Positions 15,074-27,261 of a stretch of DNA of 64,000 nucleotides are shown here, piece after piece. The stretch is from Eledone cirrhosa. Its lineage: Eukaryota. The position numbers and the translations under genes are program-made. Every line of letters begins with the position of its first letter. Positions within the stretch are counted from its first letter, which is position 1. The DNA is taken from contig OZ024741.1 in assembly GCA_964016885.1 (NCBI GenBank), positions 59,024,001 to 59,088,000 on the forward strand, given 5' to 3'. A model generated the notes under the pieces. It saw only the letters and a list, made by a program, of their open reading frames with translations, was not told the origin of the DNA and did not search any database.

Positions 15074-15265
15074 CGAAGGAAATGTGGTAAGGAACCAGAT
15101 GGACGATAACGCACCAAAGTACTCAATACTTAGGGTAGTAGAGTGGGTAATAGGAATGAGTAGGACCCCGACGGCTGAGCTCAAGCCGTTTCGACTGCTA
15201 ATTCTGGACGGAATTAGCCGTCGAAACGGCTTGAGCTCAGCCGTCGGGGTCCTACTCGTTCCTAT
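15072..15265. mobile_element. Fold-back remnant of a hammerhead-bearing (Penelope-like) terminal repeat, copy 1
   Basis: Inverted arms 15150-15265 containing GAAAC-GGC-ttgagctca-GCC-GTC (3' half of an HHR); embedded in (TA)n. Confidence 0.6.
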
Positions 15266-15445
15266 ACATATATATATATATATATTATATATATATATAT
15301 TATATCATCATCATCATTTTCCATCCGCTTTTCCCTGCTTGCAATATACATATGGTATATATTATATATATATATTATATATATATATATTATATATATA
15401 TATATATATATTATATGTGTATAATATATATATATATATCTCTAT

Positions 15446-15619
15446 CTAAGGCGGGTAAAATTCGCGAGATCCATGGACGAGTTCTCTCCATCGGTCTCTG
15501 TCCCTCATTATCGCTGCCATGTCCTGCGTCTCCAACAGACCAGTGTCTGTCCTTAGGGCATCAACATACGTTAACCTTGGTCTTCCTCTTCTAGTGTGTC
15601 CATGTAGGGGCTCCCAATA
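15446..15619 (-). mobile_element. 3' end of a different RTE-group LINE family
   Basis: Minus-strand translation WEPLHGHTRRGRPRLTYVDALRTDTGL...MRDRDRWRELV, a typical RTE-group C-terminus. Confidence 0.7.
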
Positions 15620-15628
15620 TTATATGTG

Positions 15629-15688
<60 letters not shown>

Positions 15689-15708
15689 TATGATATATAT
15701 ATATATAT

Positions 15709-15904
15709 AATGAAGGAAGTGTGGTAAGGAACCAGATGGACCATAATGCACCAGAGTACTCAATACTTAGTGTAGTAGAGTGGGTAATAGGAAAAAGTTT
15801 AACCCCGATGGCAGAGCTCAAGCCGTTTTGATGGCTATTTCTGGATTCAGAAATAGCCATCGAAACGGCTTGAGCTCTGCTGTCGGGGTTAAACTTTTTC
15901 CTAT
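15709..15904. mobile_element. Fold-back remnant of a hammerhead-bearing terminal repeat, copy 2
   Basis: Homologous to 15072-15265; inverted arms 15787-15904. Confidence 0.6.
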
Positions 15905-16943
15905 ATATATATATATATATATATATATTCCATGAATAGAATATGTATTTATATATATTTATTTTAATATATACATATCATTATCACCGTTTAACGTCCA
16001 TTTTTCCATGCTTGCATATATATATATATGTGTGTGTGTGTATGTGTGCGCACACGCACATACACATGCACACACACATACATATCTATTTAAGTATTAG
16101 GTGATATATGATAAATATCAATATATAAGCATGTTTGACTATATCATTGCCAGCGTAGTTATACATTAATAGAAGGCTAAAAGGTATTCATTGCTATTTC
16201 CGCCGGAAACACGTGTCTCCATTAGGAATTAAGCTGTACAACAGGAATCCTGCTTCCTCATTGGTTCAGATTATGTATGATAGGGAGAGCTGTTATGTAA
16301 GCATGTCCGTGTGGTAGGGTAGGTATTCATGTGTAAGTGTTTGAGAGAGGAAGAGAGAGAAAGTGGCTGTGTGTGTGTGTGTATGTGCGTGTGTGTGTGT
16401 ATGTATGTATGTGTGTGTATGTATGTGTGTGTATGTGTGCATGTGTGTGTATGTATGCATGTGTGTGTGTGTGCATACATATATGTATGGATATATGTGT
16501 GTGTGTATATATATATTAGTACATATATAAATATATATATATATGTATATATATATATAGATATGTATATATATATATATATATATAGATATGTATATAT
16601 ATATATATATAGATATGTATCTATATATATATAGATATGTATGTATATATGTATATATGTGTGTGTGTGTGTATATATATATATATGTGATAGGGTATGT
16701 ATTCATGTGAATGTGTTTGAGAGAGGAAGAGAGAGAAAGTGGGTATGTGCATATGTGTGTGTGTGTATGTATCCATATGTGTGTGTGTATGTATCCATAT
16801 GTGTGTGTCCAGTTTTGGTGAACAAATGAACCACCATTTGACATAACTTGTCAATAGGCTATATTCCATTTTCTGACCTATTCACATTGAATACCTGTTG
16901 TTTCCTCTCTCATTTTAATCACCCTATATCTCTCCCCTTCTTT

Positions 16944-17022
<79 letters not shown>

Positions 17023-17039
17023 ATATATATATATATATG

Positions 17040-17478
17040 AAGGCGCATGGCTTATTGGTTAGAGCATTGGGCTTGCAATTGAAAAGTTGTGAGTTCAATT
17101 CTTGGACCGGGTGATGTGTTGTTTCCTTGAGCAAGACACTTAATTTCACATTGCTCCAGTTTACTCAGCTGTAGAAATGAGATGATTTGGACTGGAGTCC
17201 CTATCATTCAACTGCAAAGTGGTCGTGGAGGTGCCATGGCAAAAAAGCACCCAGCTCACACTGTAAAGTGGGCGTGTAAGCACCACGGAAAAAAAAGCAC
17301 CCAGCACTCATTGTAAATGAGGTTGGTGTTAGGAAAGGCATCCAGCTGTAGAAATCAAGCCAGAATCAGTTCCCATATGAACAACACAAGGTCAGCCGAC
17401 CGGACACTGCCCACAACAGGACACCCGTCTAACCCATGCTAGCGTGGAAGAACGGACATAAAACGGTGATGATGATGA
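17040..17478 (+). mobile_element. Full-length tRNA-derived SINE with RTE-B-like 3' half
   Basis: A-box TGGCTTATTGG, B-box GAGTTCAATTC, core; 3' ~270 bp nearly identical to the 3' UTR of RTE 52318-54067; (GAT)n tail. Confidence 0.85.
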
Positions 17479-17605
17479 TATATTTATTAAAATAACAGAT
17501 TAATATATATATATATATATATATATCTGTGTGTGTGTATGTATATATGTGTGTGTATATATATATATTATTGTGTGTATATGTATATATATATATTATA
17601 TATTA

Positions 17606-18217
17606 TGTCAGGTCACCAGTTGGTGCTACTGGTAACATGTATCCCAGTACAACCTGTCCCATGGTCGGGTCGTTGGCGACTAAACTGGCAACCCCACCAA
17701 GGTTTCTTGGTGAGGAGGGTGACTTTGGACATCCTGCAGGACTAAAAACAAAACCTGTCAAAGGGCAAAGGAGCTCTTAAGAGTCAATGGCCATCCAAAA
17801 TCACCGGGAGAGATGACCCCTTAGCCTTTGTCAAGGCAGAATTCTAGGAGAAGGAAAACTCTGATATAACACCTGCAACCCTGATGATATCCAATGATGT
17901 TGACTTGTTCTTCTTTTTGGTAAATATCATCTTGGTTAAGAGAGTGGGAATGGCTTTGTGCAGTGCCTTTGCTCACTATAAAAGCTTCACGGCACAGGCA
18001 TCACTTTATATCTGGAGATCTCTCTGCACTTGTCGTCACATGGTACCATGGGCCCAGCACTATGTGTCAATAATTGTCACAAGTGTAGTGTTTGTACCAA
18101 AGTTTTCAAGTCGCTGGCCGGACTGAAAAATCACACTCGTTCAGCGCATCGGTAGGGGTTCTCCTACATGGATATAAAGTAGTGGCCGTACTCGAAAACG
18201 AGTTGGCAGCCACCACG
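17606..18217 (+). mobile_element. Short internally deleted RTE-derived non-autonomous element, copy 1
   Basis: RTE 5'UTR-like motif TCTAGGAGAAGGAAAACTCTG; terminal C2H2 finger CSVCTKVFKSLAGLKNHTRSAHR* (stop at 18155); 3' stem-loop ACTCGaaaaCGAGT; flanked by TA-rich repeats. Confidence 0.6.
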
Positions 18218-18267
18218 TATATATATATATATGTATGTATATATGTATATATATATATATATGTATA

Positions 18268-18854
18268 TATGTCAGGTCACCAGTTGGTGCTACTGGTAAC
18301 ATGTATCCCAGTACAACCTGTCTCATGGTCGGGTCATTGGCGACTAAACTGGCAACCCCACCAAGGTTTCTTGGTGAGGACTAAAAACAAAACCTGTCAA
18401 AGGGCAAAGGAGCTCTTAAGAGTCAATGGCCATCCAAAATCACCGGGAGAGATGACCCCTTAGCCTTTGTCAAGGCAGAATTCTAGGAGAAGGAAAACTC
18501 TGATATAACACCTGCAACCCTGATGGTATCCAATGATGTTGACTTGTTCTTCTTTTTGGTAAATATCATCTTGGTTAAGAGAGTGGGACTGGCTTTGTGC
18601 AGTGCCTTTACTCACTATAAAAGCTTCACGGCACAGGCATTGCTTTATATCTGGAGATCTCTCTGCACTTGTCGTCACATGGTACCATGGGCCCAGCAAT
18701 ATGTGTCAATAATTGTCACAAGTGCAGTGTTTGTACCAGAGTTTTCAAGTCGCTGGCGGGACTAAAAAGTCCCACTCGTTCAGCGCATCGGTAGGGGTTC
18801 TCCTACATGGATATAAAGTAGTGGCCGTACTCGAAAACGAGTTGGCAGCCACCA
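18268..18854 (+). mobile_element. Short RTE-derived non-autonomous element, copy 2
   Basis: Highly similar tandem copy of 17606-18217 with a ~26-bp deletion. Confidence 0.6.
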
Positions 18855-18908
18855 TGTGTGTATATATATATATATGTATATATGTATGTATATATGTATA
18901 TGTGTATG

Positions 18909-18939
<31 letters not shown>

Positions 18940-18962
18940 GTGTATGTATATATGCATATATA

Positions 18963-20249
18963 CAGGGTGTGGACGATATTTGTTCGCAATTTTCAACTGC
19001 TAATTTTATGCAAATTTTTTTTACTTCCGTTGTCACTCTTGTCTTCATAAAAACAGTGACTATATTTACATTATTTATTTTCAGAATAATTGATTATGAA
19101 TAATTTTGAACCTCCAAATTTGTGGAAGAGAGACGGAGTTCTTCTTGGAATCCGCGCCGGGAGGACAATTAATGAAATTTCAGACTTTCTCAGCGTCAGC
19201 AGGAGAATGGTGGAAAAGGTCAGAAAGAAATTGGAAGATTCAGGATTCGACTTCGAAGCAACATCAGAGAGGAAAACACATTATCGATGATCTCACGCCT
19301 CCAGAACGCCCGAGTTCGTCGCTGAAGTTCAGGATATCATCAACAATGAACCTTGCAAGTCGATGCATGTCATTGCAAGGGAGAAAGGCGTGGATGAAAA
19401 GCTCATTAGGCTGGTGGTACGTTTCATACAAGATGAGGAAAGGACAATTTCTGTCAAAGACGATGCAAGAAAAATGACTGAAGCACGCAAAGAAGCTGAT
19501 CAACAAGTTGAAAGACCCACTGGAGCCAGACATGCTGTGGTTTTTCTCCAACGAGAAAAACTTCTGCCAAGACCAGAAGATCAACTCCCAGAACAACAGG
19601 TGGCTCGCTGTCTCATCCAAAAACGTGCCCAAAGTCATGCAGACAAAGTTTCCAGTGACAACATTGGTTTTAGGTGTCGTCAGCAGTCAAGGTGACATCA
19701 TGCCACCTCACTTCTTCCCTGAGGGCCTCAAGCTGAACACCGATGGCTACATCCGCGTTCTGAGCGAGGTAGTAAAGCCCTGGATCGACCAGGTAGCTGG
19801 AGGTAGGCCGTACGTGTGGCAGCAAGACTCAGCGCCCTGCCATACCAGTCGAAAGACCCAAGCCTGGCTGTCAAAGAACTTCGTCGACCACACTTCACCT
19901 GACATCTGGCCTCCCAGCTCGCCTGACTGGAACCCCCTCGACTTCTTTGTGTGGGGCGCAGTGGAACGAGACACCAACAGATCTAGCTGCAATACGAAAG
20001 ACGATCTGAAGGCCAGGATCACAAGTGCCTTTAGGGGCCTAAGTCGGGGGACAGTGACGAAGGCCTTTAGCCGGTTCCGAGGCCTCCTTGAGGCCATCAT
20101 CAAAGCCAATGGTGGGCTTATCGAGTGAGATCGAAAGAACAAGTCGTGAAGACAAACTGACCCAAGTTTGATAAATATATCTTAAAAAATAAAACTGTGT
20201 TATTTTTTCCTAGACAGTAATCTTGCGAACAAATATCGTCCGCACCCTG
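18963..20249 (+). mobile_element. Tc1/mariner superfamily transposon, DD37D (maT) type, full length with defective transposase
   Basis: 27-bp TIRs CAGGGTG(T/C)GGACGATATTTGTTCGCAA flanked by TA; FSNEK (first D mutated to N), QQDSAPCH, SPDWNPLD with 37 residues between the 2nd and 3rd D; N-terminal half frameshifted. Confidence 0.92.
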
Positions 20250-20348
20250 TATATATGTGTATATATATATGTGTATATATATATATATTTGTATATATGT
20301 ATATATATATATATATGTATATGTGTATATATATATATATATGTATGT

Positions 20349-22205
20349 CATCATCGTTAACTGTTACAAGGGTAAAGGAGACGCCCTAGATAGGAGTAAC
20401 TATAGAGGCATTAAATTAATCGACCAGGTCATGAAGGTCACGGAAAAAGTAATAGTGCAACTAATCAGAGAGAGAATTGACCTAGATGAAATGCAGTTCG
20501 GGTTTGTGTCAGGCAAAAGTACCACAGATGCTCTTTTCATTGTACGACAACTATAGGAGAAGTACCTAGCTAAAAGTAAACCCCTATACTTAACTTTTGT
20601 CGACTTGGAGAAAGCCTTCGATAGAGTACCCCGTTCCATTATCTGGTGGGCTCTTAGAAAACTAGGTGTTGACGAATGGCTTGTGAGAGCCATACAAGCC
20701 ATGTATAAAGAAACAGTCAGCAAGGTTAGAATTAACAACGAATATAGTGAAGAGTTTAGCGTAAAAGTTGGTGTCCATCAGGGCTCTGTTCTTAGCCCCC
20801 TACTATTTATTATTGCCCTTCAGGCTATAACAGAGGAGTTCAAGACCGGCTGCCCATGGGAACTCCTATACGCAGGTGATCTAACGCTCATAGCTGAATC
20901 AATGGCCGAGCTAGAGAAGAAATTCCAAACATGGAAGCACGGCCTAGAATCAAAAGGCCTTAAAATTAACCTGGCTAAGACTAAAGTTCTAGTTTGTAGG
21001 AAAGAAAATAAGGCACCGGTCCCCTCCGGGAAATGGCCATGCTCAGTGTGTAGGAAAGGCGTAGGTAGAAACTCCATTTTATGTCCCAAATGCAAAGTAT
21101 GGGTGCATAAAAGATGTAGTGGGATCACAGGTAAGCTAACTAAGAACTTAGATTTTACATGTGGGCGGTGCTCTGGTGCAATAAGTAGCAGCGAGTGCCC
21201 ACAAAATACTAACTCTTTCAATTGCGCAGAGGGCTCTATAGAAATAGTGGACAGCTTCCGTTACCTGGGTGACAAAATCAGCAGTGGGGGAGGGTGCTCT
21301 GAAAGTACAGTAGCTAGAGTCAGAACTGGATGGAAAAAGTTCAGAGAGCTTATACCACTATTAGCCGCTAAAGGGTTCTCCCTAAAAATGAAAGGCAGGT
21401 TGTATGATGCCTGCATACGAACAGAAATGTTGCATGGCAGTGAGACCTGGGCATTGTGTGCAGAGGATATACGCAGATTAGAGAGGAACGAAGCTTGCAT
21501 GCTCCGCTGGATGTGTAATAGTAATATACGTGAACGGCAAAGCATAAACGAACTAAGGAAAAAATTAGAAATAAGAGGGATCAGATGTTGTTTACTCGAG
21601 AGAAGGCTACGTTGGTATGGTCACATGATGCGCATGAAAGACGACAGCTGTATAACAAAGTGCAGGGCAATAAAGATAGATGGTAGCCACGGAGTAGGCA
21701 GACCCAGGAAAACCTGGGACGAGCTGATAAATTCCGACCTCACACACTTACACCTCTCCAAGACAATGTCACTGGACCGAGACCTTTGGCGGTACTCAGT
21801 AACAGAGAAGACCCGCCTTACCTAAATACAAAGTAAAACCTACTAGTCAGTAGGCATCTCTAACAAAATTCACCCCCGTCCCACCCCATCCACACCGCCC
21901 CCTCAATGCAAAGTTATGTTGGTGCCACAACATCCAGGCCGAAACAAACGAGATCGTGTAGGTGTCACGACAAAAAAACACACAGTCCACGCTGTAATGT
22001 GACCGTGTAGGCAACACGGTAAAAACCTCCCAGCCCCACACTGTAAATGTGGTTGGTGTTAGGAAGGGCATCCAGCTGTAGAAAACCCGCCAGACAGTCC
22101 TATGCGAGCAAGACAAGCACTCTTGCCTCAAGTGGGAAAACCCCCGTCCAAACCCATGCAAGCGTGGAACAGGGACATTAAACGATGATGATGATGATGA
22201 TGATG
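20349..22205 (+). mobile_element. RTE LINE subfamily A, 5'-truncated
   Basis: RT ORF 20605-21825 (YAGD in place of YADD; in-frame stop at 20554-20556); 3' UTR; (GAT)n tail. Confidence 0.93.
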
Positions 22206-22217
22206 TATATATACATA

Positions 22218-22248
<31 letters not shown>

Positions 22249-22331
22249 GTATGTATATATGTGTATATATATATATATATATATGTATGTATATATATAT
22301 ATATGTATATGTGTATATATATGTATATAAG

Positions 22332-23312
22332 TCATCATCATCATCATCGTTTAATGTCCATCTTCCACACTAGCATGGGTTAGACAGGAATTGTCCCACT
22401 TGAGGCAAGATTGATCGGGTGACCATCTCTCACTCATATAGGACTGTATCTGGTAGGTTTTCTATGGCTGGATGCCCTGCCTAACAACAACCACGTTTAC
22501 AGTGTGGACTGGGAGCCTTTTTACTGTGTCTCCTACACGACCACTTTACAGCATGGACTGTGTGTTTTTTTTGTTGTGACACCTACACAACCTCTTTAGT
22601 TTGGACTGGATGTCGTGGTACCAACATAACTTTATAGAGAAAGGGTGGTGTTGGTGGGAGTTGGAGGATGGAGTAGGGGTAGTGGGTTGGGGTGTACATT
22701 TGGTTAAGAGGGGCCTACTGACTGTAGGTTAACTTTGTATGAAGGGAAGGCGGGCCTTCAGTATTACTGCACGGCGCCAAAGATCTCGATCCTGTGACGT
22801 TGTCTTAGCGAGATGTAAGCATACAAGGTCGGATTTTATCATGTCGTCCCAGGTTTTTCTGGGTCTACCTACTCTGTAACTTCCATCAATTTTGATTGCC
22901 CTGCACTTTTTTTATACAGCTGTCATCTTTCATGCACATCACATGACCATACCAACATAATCTTCTCTTAAGTAAACAACATCTGATCCCTCTTATTCCT
23001 AATTTCTCACTTAGTTCGTTTATGTTTTGCCATTCGTGTATATTACTATTACATATCCAACAGAGCATGCATGCTTCATTCCTTTCCAATCTTCTCAGGT
23101 CCTCTACACACAATGCCCATGTCTCACTACCAGGTAGCATTGCTGTTCATATACAAGCATCATACAATCTGCCTTTCATTTGTAGAGAGAAACCTTTTGT
23201 GGCCAACAGTAATATTAGCTATCTGAACTTTTTCCATCCCGTTCTAACTCTGGCTACTATACTTTCAGAACACCCTCCACCACTGCTGATTTTGTCACCC
23301 AGGTAACGGAAA
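22332..23312 (-). mobile_element. RTE LINE 3' fragment (older A-like copy)
   Basis: GSETWALCVEDLRRLERNEACML on the minus strand; (CAT)n tail on the plus strand. Confidence 0.88.
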
Positions 23313-23481
23313 ATGTATGTATATATATGTATACTCTTTTATTCTTATACCTGTTCCAGCCATCCAGCTGAGGCCATGCTGTATATATATATACAGGGAA
23401 AAGCGGACGTAAAATGATGATGATGATGATATGTATATATACATATATATCTGTATGTATATATTTCTATATATATATATA

Positions 23482-23886
23482 TTTAATATAGATGAGATTC
23501 TACAGGACTAGAACTGTTTCATTCTTTAGAAATCATCAGGAATCTGGGTATCAAAAAATAAATATGGTATTTATAGGTCTCTACAAGTGGTAGGAGAGGG
23601 TGGGGAGTGGGATGGGTGTAGGTCATTGGTTGATAGAAAAGGGAATTCATTAAAAGCTAATTCTACAAAGCTATAGTTTATTTTTATTAATTTTTGTTTT
23701 TAGAGTAACAAAGGCAGACAGAATTCTATAAACAGGTTCCGGATGGCATACCATTCCTTGTCATTAAGTTTCTCTTAAGCTAACAGATGTCTATAAGATC
23801 AGTGGGGGGTCAGTCATGGTAGGTAGAATTAAAGGAAAGGGAGATTCTTTAAAAGCTAAATTCATTAAGGTTCTACTAAGTGACAA
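23482..23886 (-). repeat. Left arm of 405-bp inverted repeat (Penelope-like terminal repeat)
   Basis: Reverse complement of 26456-26860 with about 2 mismatches. Confidence 0.9.
23495..23545 (-). ncRNA. Type I hammerhead ribozyme
   Basis: AGATTC-CTGATGA-tttctaaagaat-GAAACAG-ttctagtc-CTGTA-GAATCT: intact core, stem I 6 bp, stem III 4 bp, GUA cleavage triplet. Confidence 0.8.
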
Positions 23887-24108
23887 AGGTTTAGAGAATT
23901 CTGTAGACAGATTCAAAATACTGAGTGCATATCTTACAATTATCTTCGAACTTCTCTTAAACTAATCAACTATATGCCAAAAATCAACAGACACATTCAC
24001 AAAAAAACACACTCACTCACACACTCGCGCGCAACCATAAACACACATACACATATACACACATAAAAACACACACACATATATAAATATATTTATATAT
24101 ACACATAT

Positions 24109-24176
<68 letters not shown>

Positions 24177-24199
24177 ACACTTATATATATATATATATA

Positions 24200-26453
24200 T
24201 CAGGATTGCTAGGCAATGTGTCAAGGAAAACAGTGATATTGTCGGGGAGAAGTGTGTACTTAACGATGACGGCGTACTTGCCATCACCGACGCCGATAAG
24301 AAGGTAGCTTGGAAGTGTCACTATGAAAGGCTACTCAATGAGGAGAATAAATGGGAGAAAGACAGTCTCCCCCACATCGACCCAATAGAGGGACCAGCAG
24401 TGTTAGTCGAGGGTAGTAAAATAAGTAAGGCAATCAAAGATATGAAGACAGGCAAGGCGGCTGGGCCTTCGGAAATAGTTGCCGAGATGCTGAAGGCATC
24501 TGGTACGGTGGGACACACCATGGTCACCCGGATAGTCAACCAAGTCATACAGAATGGGGTTGTTCCGAAGGACTGGCGTAGCAGCATTATCGTTAACTGT
24601 TATAAGGGTAAAGGAGATGCCCTAGATAGGAGTAACTATAGAGGCATTAAATTAATCGACCAGGTCATGAAGGTCACGGAAAAAGTAATAGCGCAACTAA
24701 TCAGAGAGCGAATTGATCTAGATGAAATGCAGTTCGGGTTTGTGTCAGGAAAAAGTACCACAGACGCTCTTTTCATTGTACGACAACTACAGGAGAAGTA
24801 CCTAGCTAAAAGTAAACCCCTATACTTAGCTTTCGTCGACTTGGAGAAGGCCTTCGACAGAGTCCCCCGTTCCATTATCTGGTGGGCTCTTAGAAAACTA
24901 GGTGTCGATGAATGGCTTGTGAGAGCTATACAAGCCATGTATAAAGAAACAGTCAGCAAGGTTAGAATTAACAACGAATATAGTGAAGAGTTTAGTGTAA
25001 AAGTTGGTGTTCATCAGGGCTCTGTTCTTAGCCCCCTACTATTTATTATTGCCCTCCAGGCTATAACAGTGGAGTTCAAGACCGGCTGCCCATGGGAACT
25101 CCTATACGCAGATGATCTAACGCTCATAGCTGAATCAATGGCCGATCTAGAGAAGAAATTCCAAACATGGAAGCACGGGCTAGAATCAAAAGGCCTTAAA
25201 ATTAACCTGGCTAAGACTAAAGTTCTAGTTTGTAAGAAAGAAAATAAGGCGGCGGTCCCCTCCGGGAAGTGGCCATGCGCAGAGTGTAGGAAAGGCGTAG
25301 GTAGAAATTCCATTTTGTGTCCCAAATGCAAAGTTTGGGTTCATAAAAGATGTAGTGGGATCACAGGTAAGCTAACTAAGAACATAGATTTTACATGTGG
25401 CCGGTGTTCTGGGGCAATAAGTAGCAGCAAGTGCCCACAAAATACTAGCTCTTTCAACTGCGCAGAGGGTTCTATAGAAATAGTGGACAGCTTCCGTTAC
25501 CTGGGTGACAAAATCAGCAGTGGGGGAGGGTGCTCTGAAAGTACAGTAGCTAGAGTCAGAACTGGGTGGAAAAAGTTCAGAGAGCTTATACCACTATTAG
25601 CCGCTAAAGGGTTCTCCCTAAAAATGAAAGGCAGGTTGTACGATGCCTGCATACGAACAGCAATGTTGCATGGCAGTGAGACCTGGGCATTGTGTGCTGA
25701 GGATATACGCAGACTAGAGAGAAATGAAGCTTGCATGCTCCGCTGGATGTTTAATAGTAATATACGTGAACGACAAAGCATAAACGAACTAAGGAAAAAA
25801 TTAGAAATAAGAGGGATCAGATGTTGTTTACTAGAGAGAAGGATACGTTGGTATGGTCACGTGATGCGCATGAAGGACGATAGCTGTATAACAAAGTGCA
25901 GGGCAATAAAGATAGACGGTAGCCACGGAATAGGCAGACCCAGATAAACCTGGGACGAGCTGATAAACTCCGACCTCACACACTTACACCACACCAAGAC
26001 AATGTCACTGGAACGAGACCTTTGGCGGTACTCAGTAATAGAGAAGACCCGCCTTACCTAAATACAAAGTAAAACCTACTACAGTCAGTAGGCATCTCTA
26101 ACAAAATACACCCCCGTCCCACCACCCCCACCCCATCCACACCGCCCCCTTCTATGTAAAGTTATGTTGGTGCCACACCATCCAGGCCGAAACAAATGAG
26201 ATCGTGTAGGTGTCACGACAAAAAACACACAGTCCACGCTGTAATGTGGCCGTGTAGGCAACACGGTAAAAACCTCCCAGACCCACACTGTAAATGTGGT
26301 TGGTGTTAGGAAGGGCATCCAACTGTAGAAAACCTGCCAGACAGTCCCATGCGAGCAAGACAATCACTCTTGCCTCAAGTGGGAAAACCCCCGTCCAAAC
26401 CCATGCAAGCGTGGAACACGGACGTTAAACGATGATGATGATGATGATGATGA
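24200..26453 (+). mobile_element. RTE LINE subfamily A, 5'-truncated, young
   Basis: 515-aa ORF with complete RT (YADD); premature stop at 25945; 3' UTR; (GAT)n tail. Confidence 0.95.
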
Positions 26454-26455
26454 TA

Positions 26456-26935
26456 TTGTCACTTAGTAGAACCTTAATGAATTTAGCTTTTAAAGAATCT
26501 CCCTTTCCTTTAATTCTACCTACCATGACTGACCCCCCACTGATCTTATAGACATCTGTTAGCTTAAGAGAAACTTAATGACAAGGAATGGTATGCCATC
26601 CGGAACCTGTTTATAGAATTCTGGCTGCCTTTGTTACTCTAAAAACAAAAATTAATAAAAATAAACTATAGCTTTGTAGAATTAGCTTTTAATGAATTCC
26701 CTTTTCTATCAACTAATGACCTACACCCATCCCACTCCCCACCCTCTCCTACCACTTGTAGAGACCTATAAATACCATATTTATTTTTTGATACCCAGAT
26801 TCCTGATGATTTCTAAAGAATGAAACAGTTCTAGTCCTGTAGAATCTCATCTATATTAAAACTTTTATACTCTGCAATGTATTGAGTACCTTACTTACTG
26901 TGGTTACCTCCGATTCAACCCGGAATAACGTACTA
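26456..26935 (+). repeat. Right arm of inverted repeat plus 3' extension (Penelope-like terminal repeat)
   Basis: Inverse of 23482-23886; TATA-like CTATAAATA at 26766 upstream of the HHR; ATTAAA downstream; ends in (TA)n. Confidence 0.85.
26797..26847 (+). ncRNA. Type I hammerhead ribozyme
   Basis: Same motif as 23495-23545; predicted cleavage after GTA (26841). Confidence 0.8.
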
Positions 26936-26955
26936 TATATATATTTATGTATATC

Positions 26956-26997
<42 letters not shown>

Positions 26998-27203
26998 TGT
27001 GAGAAAAACCACAGACCCTCCATCTCAACTCACCTTTTGAAAAGCAGAAGAACTGCAAAACCGGTAAAGGAACCAAATAAATATATATATTTTTTAAAAA
27101 AATAAGACTCCAGTTGCATTTTCGATTTCATCTCTTTTTCTTTATACTTTCACTCGTGTAGGACACCTCGGTTATTTTTCATTTTGTAAAAAAAACCTCA
27201 CTT

Positions 27204-27255
<52 letters not shown>

Positions 27256-27261
<6 letters not shown>

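Noticed and set aside
17040-17112. tRNA gene
   Set aside because: tRNA-like head continues into a SINE core and RTE tail; many decayed copies occur in the window
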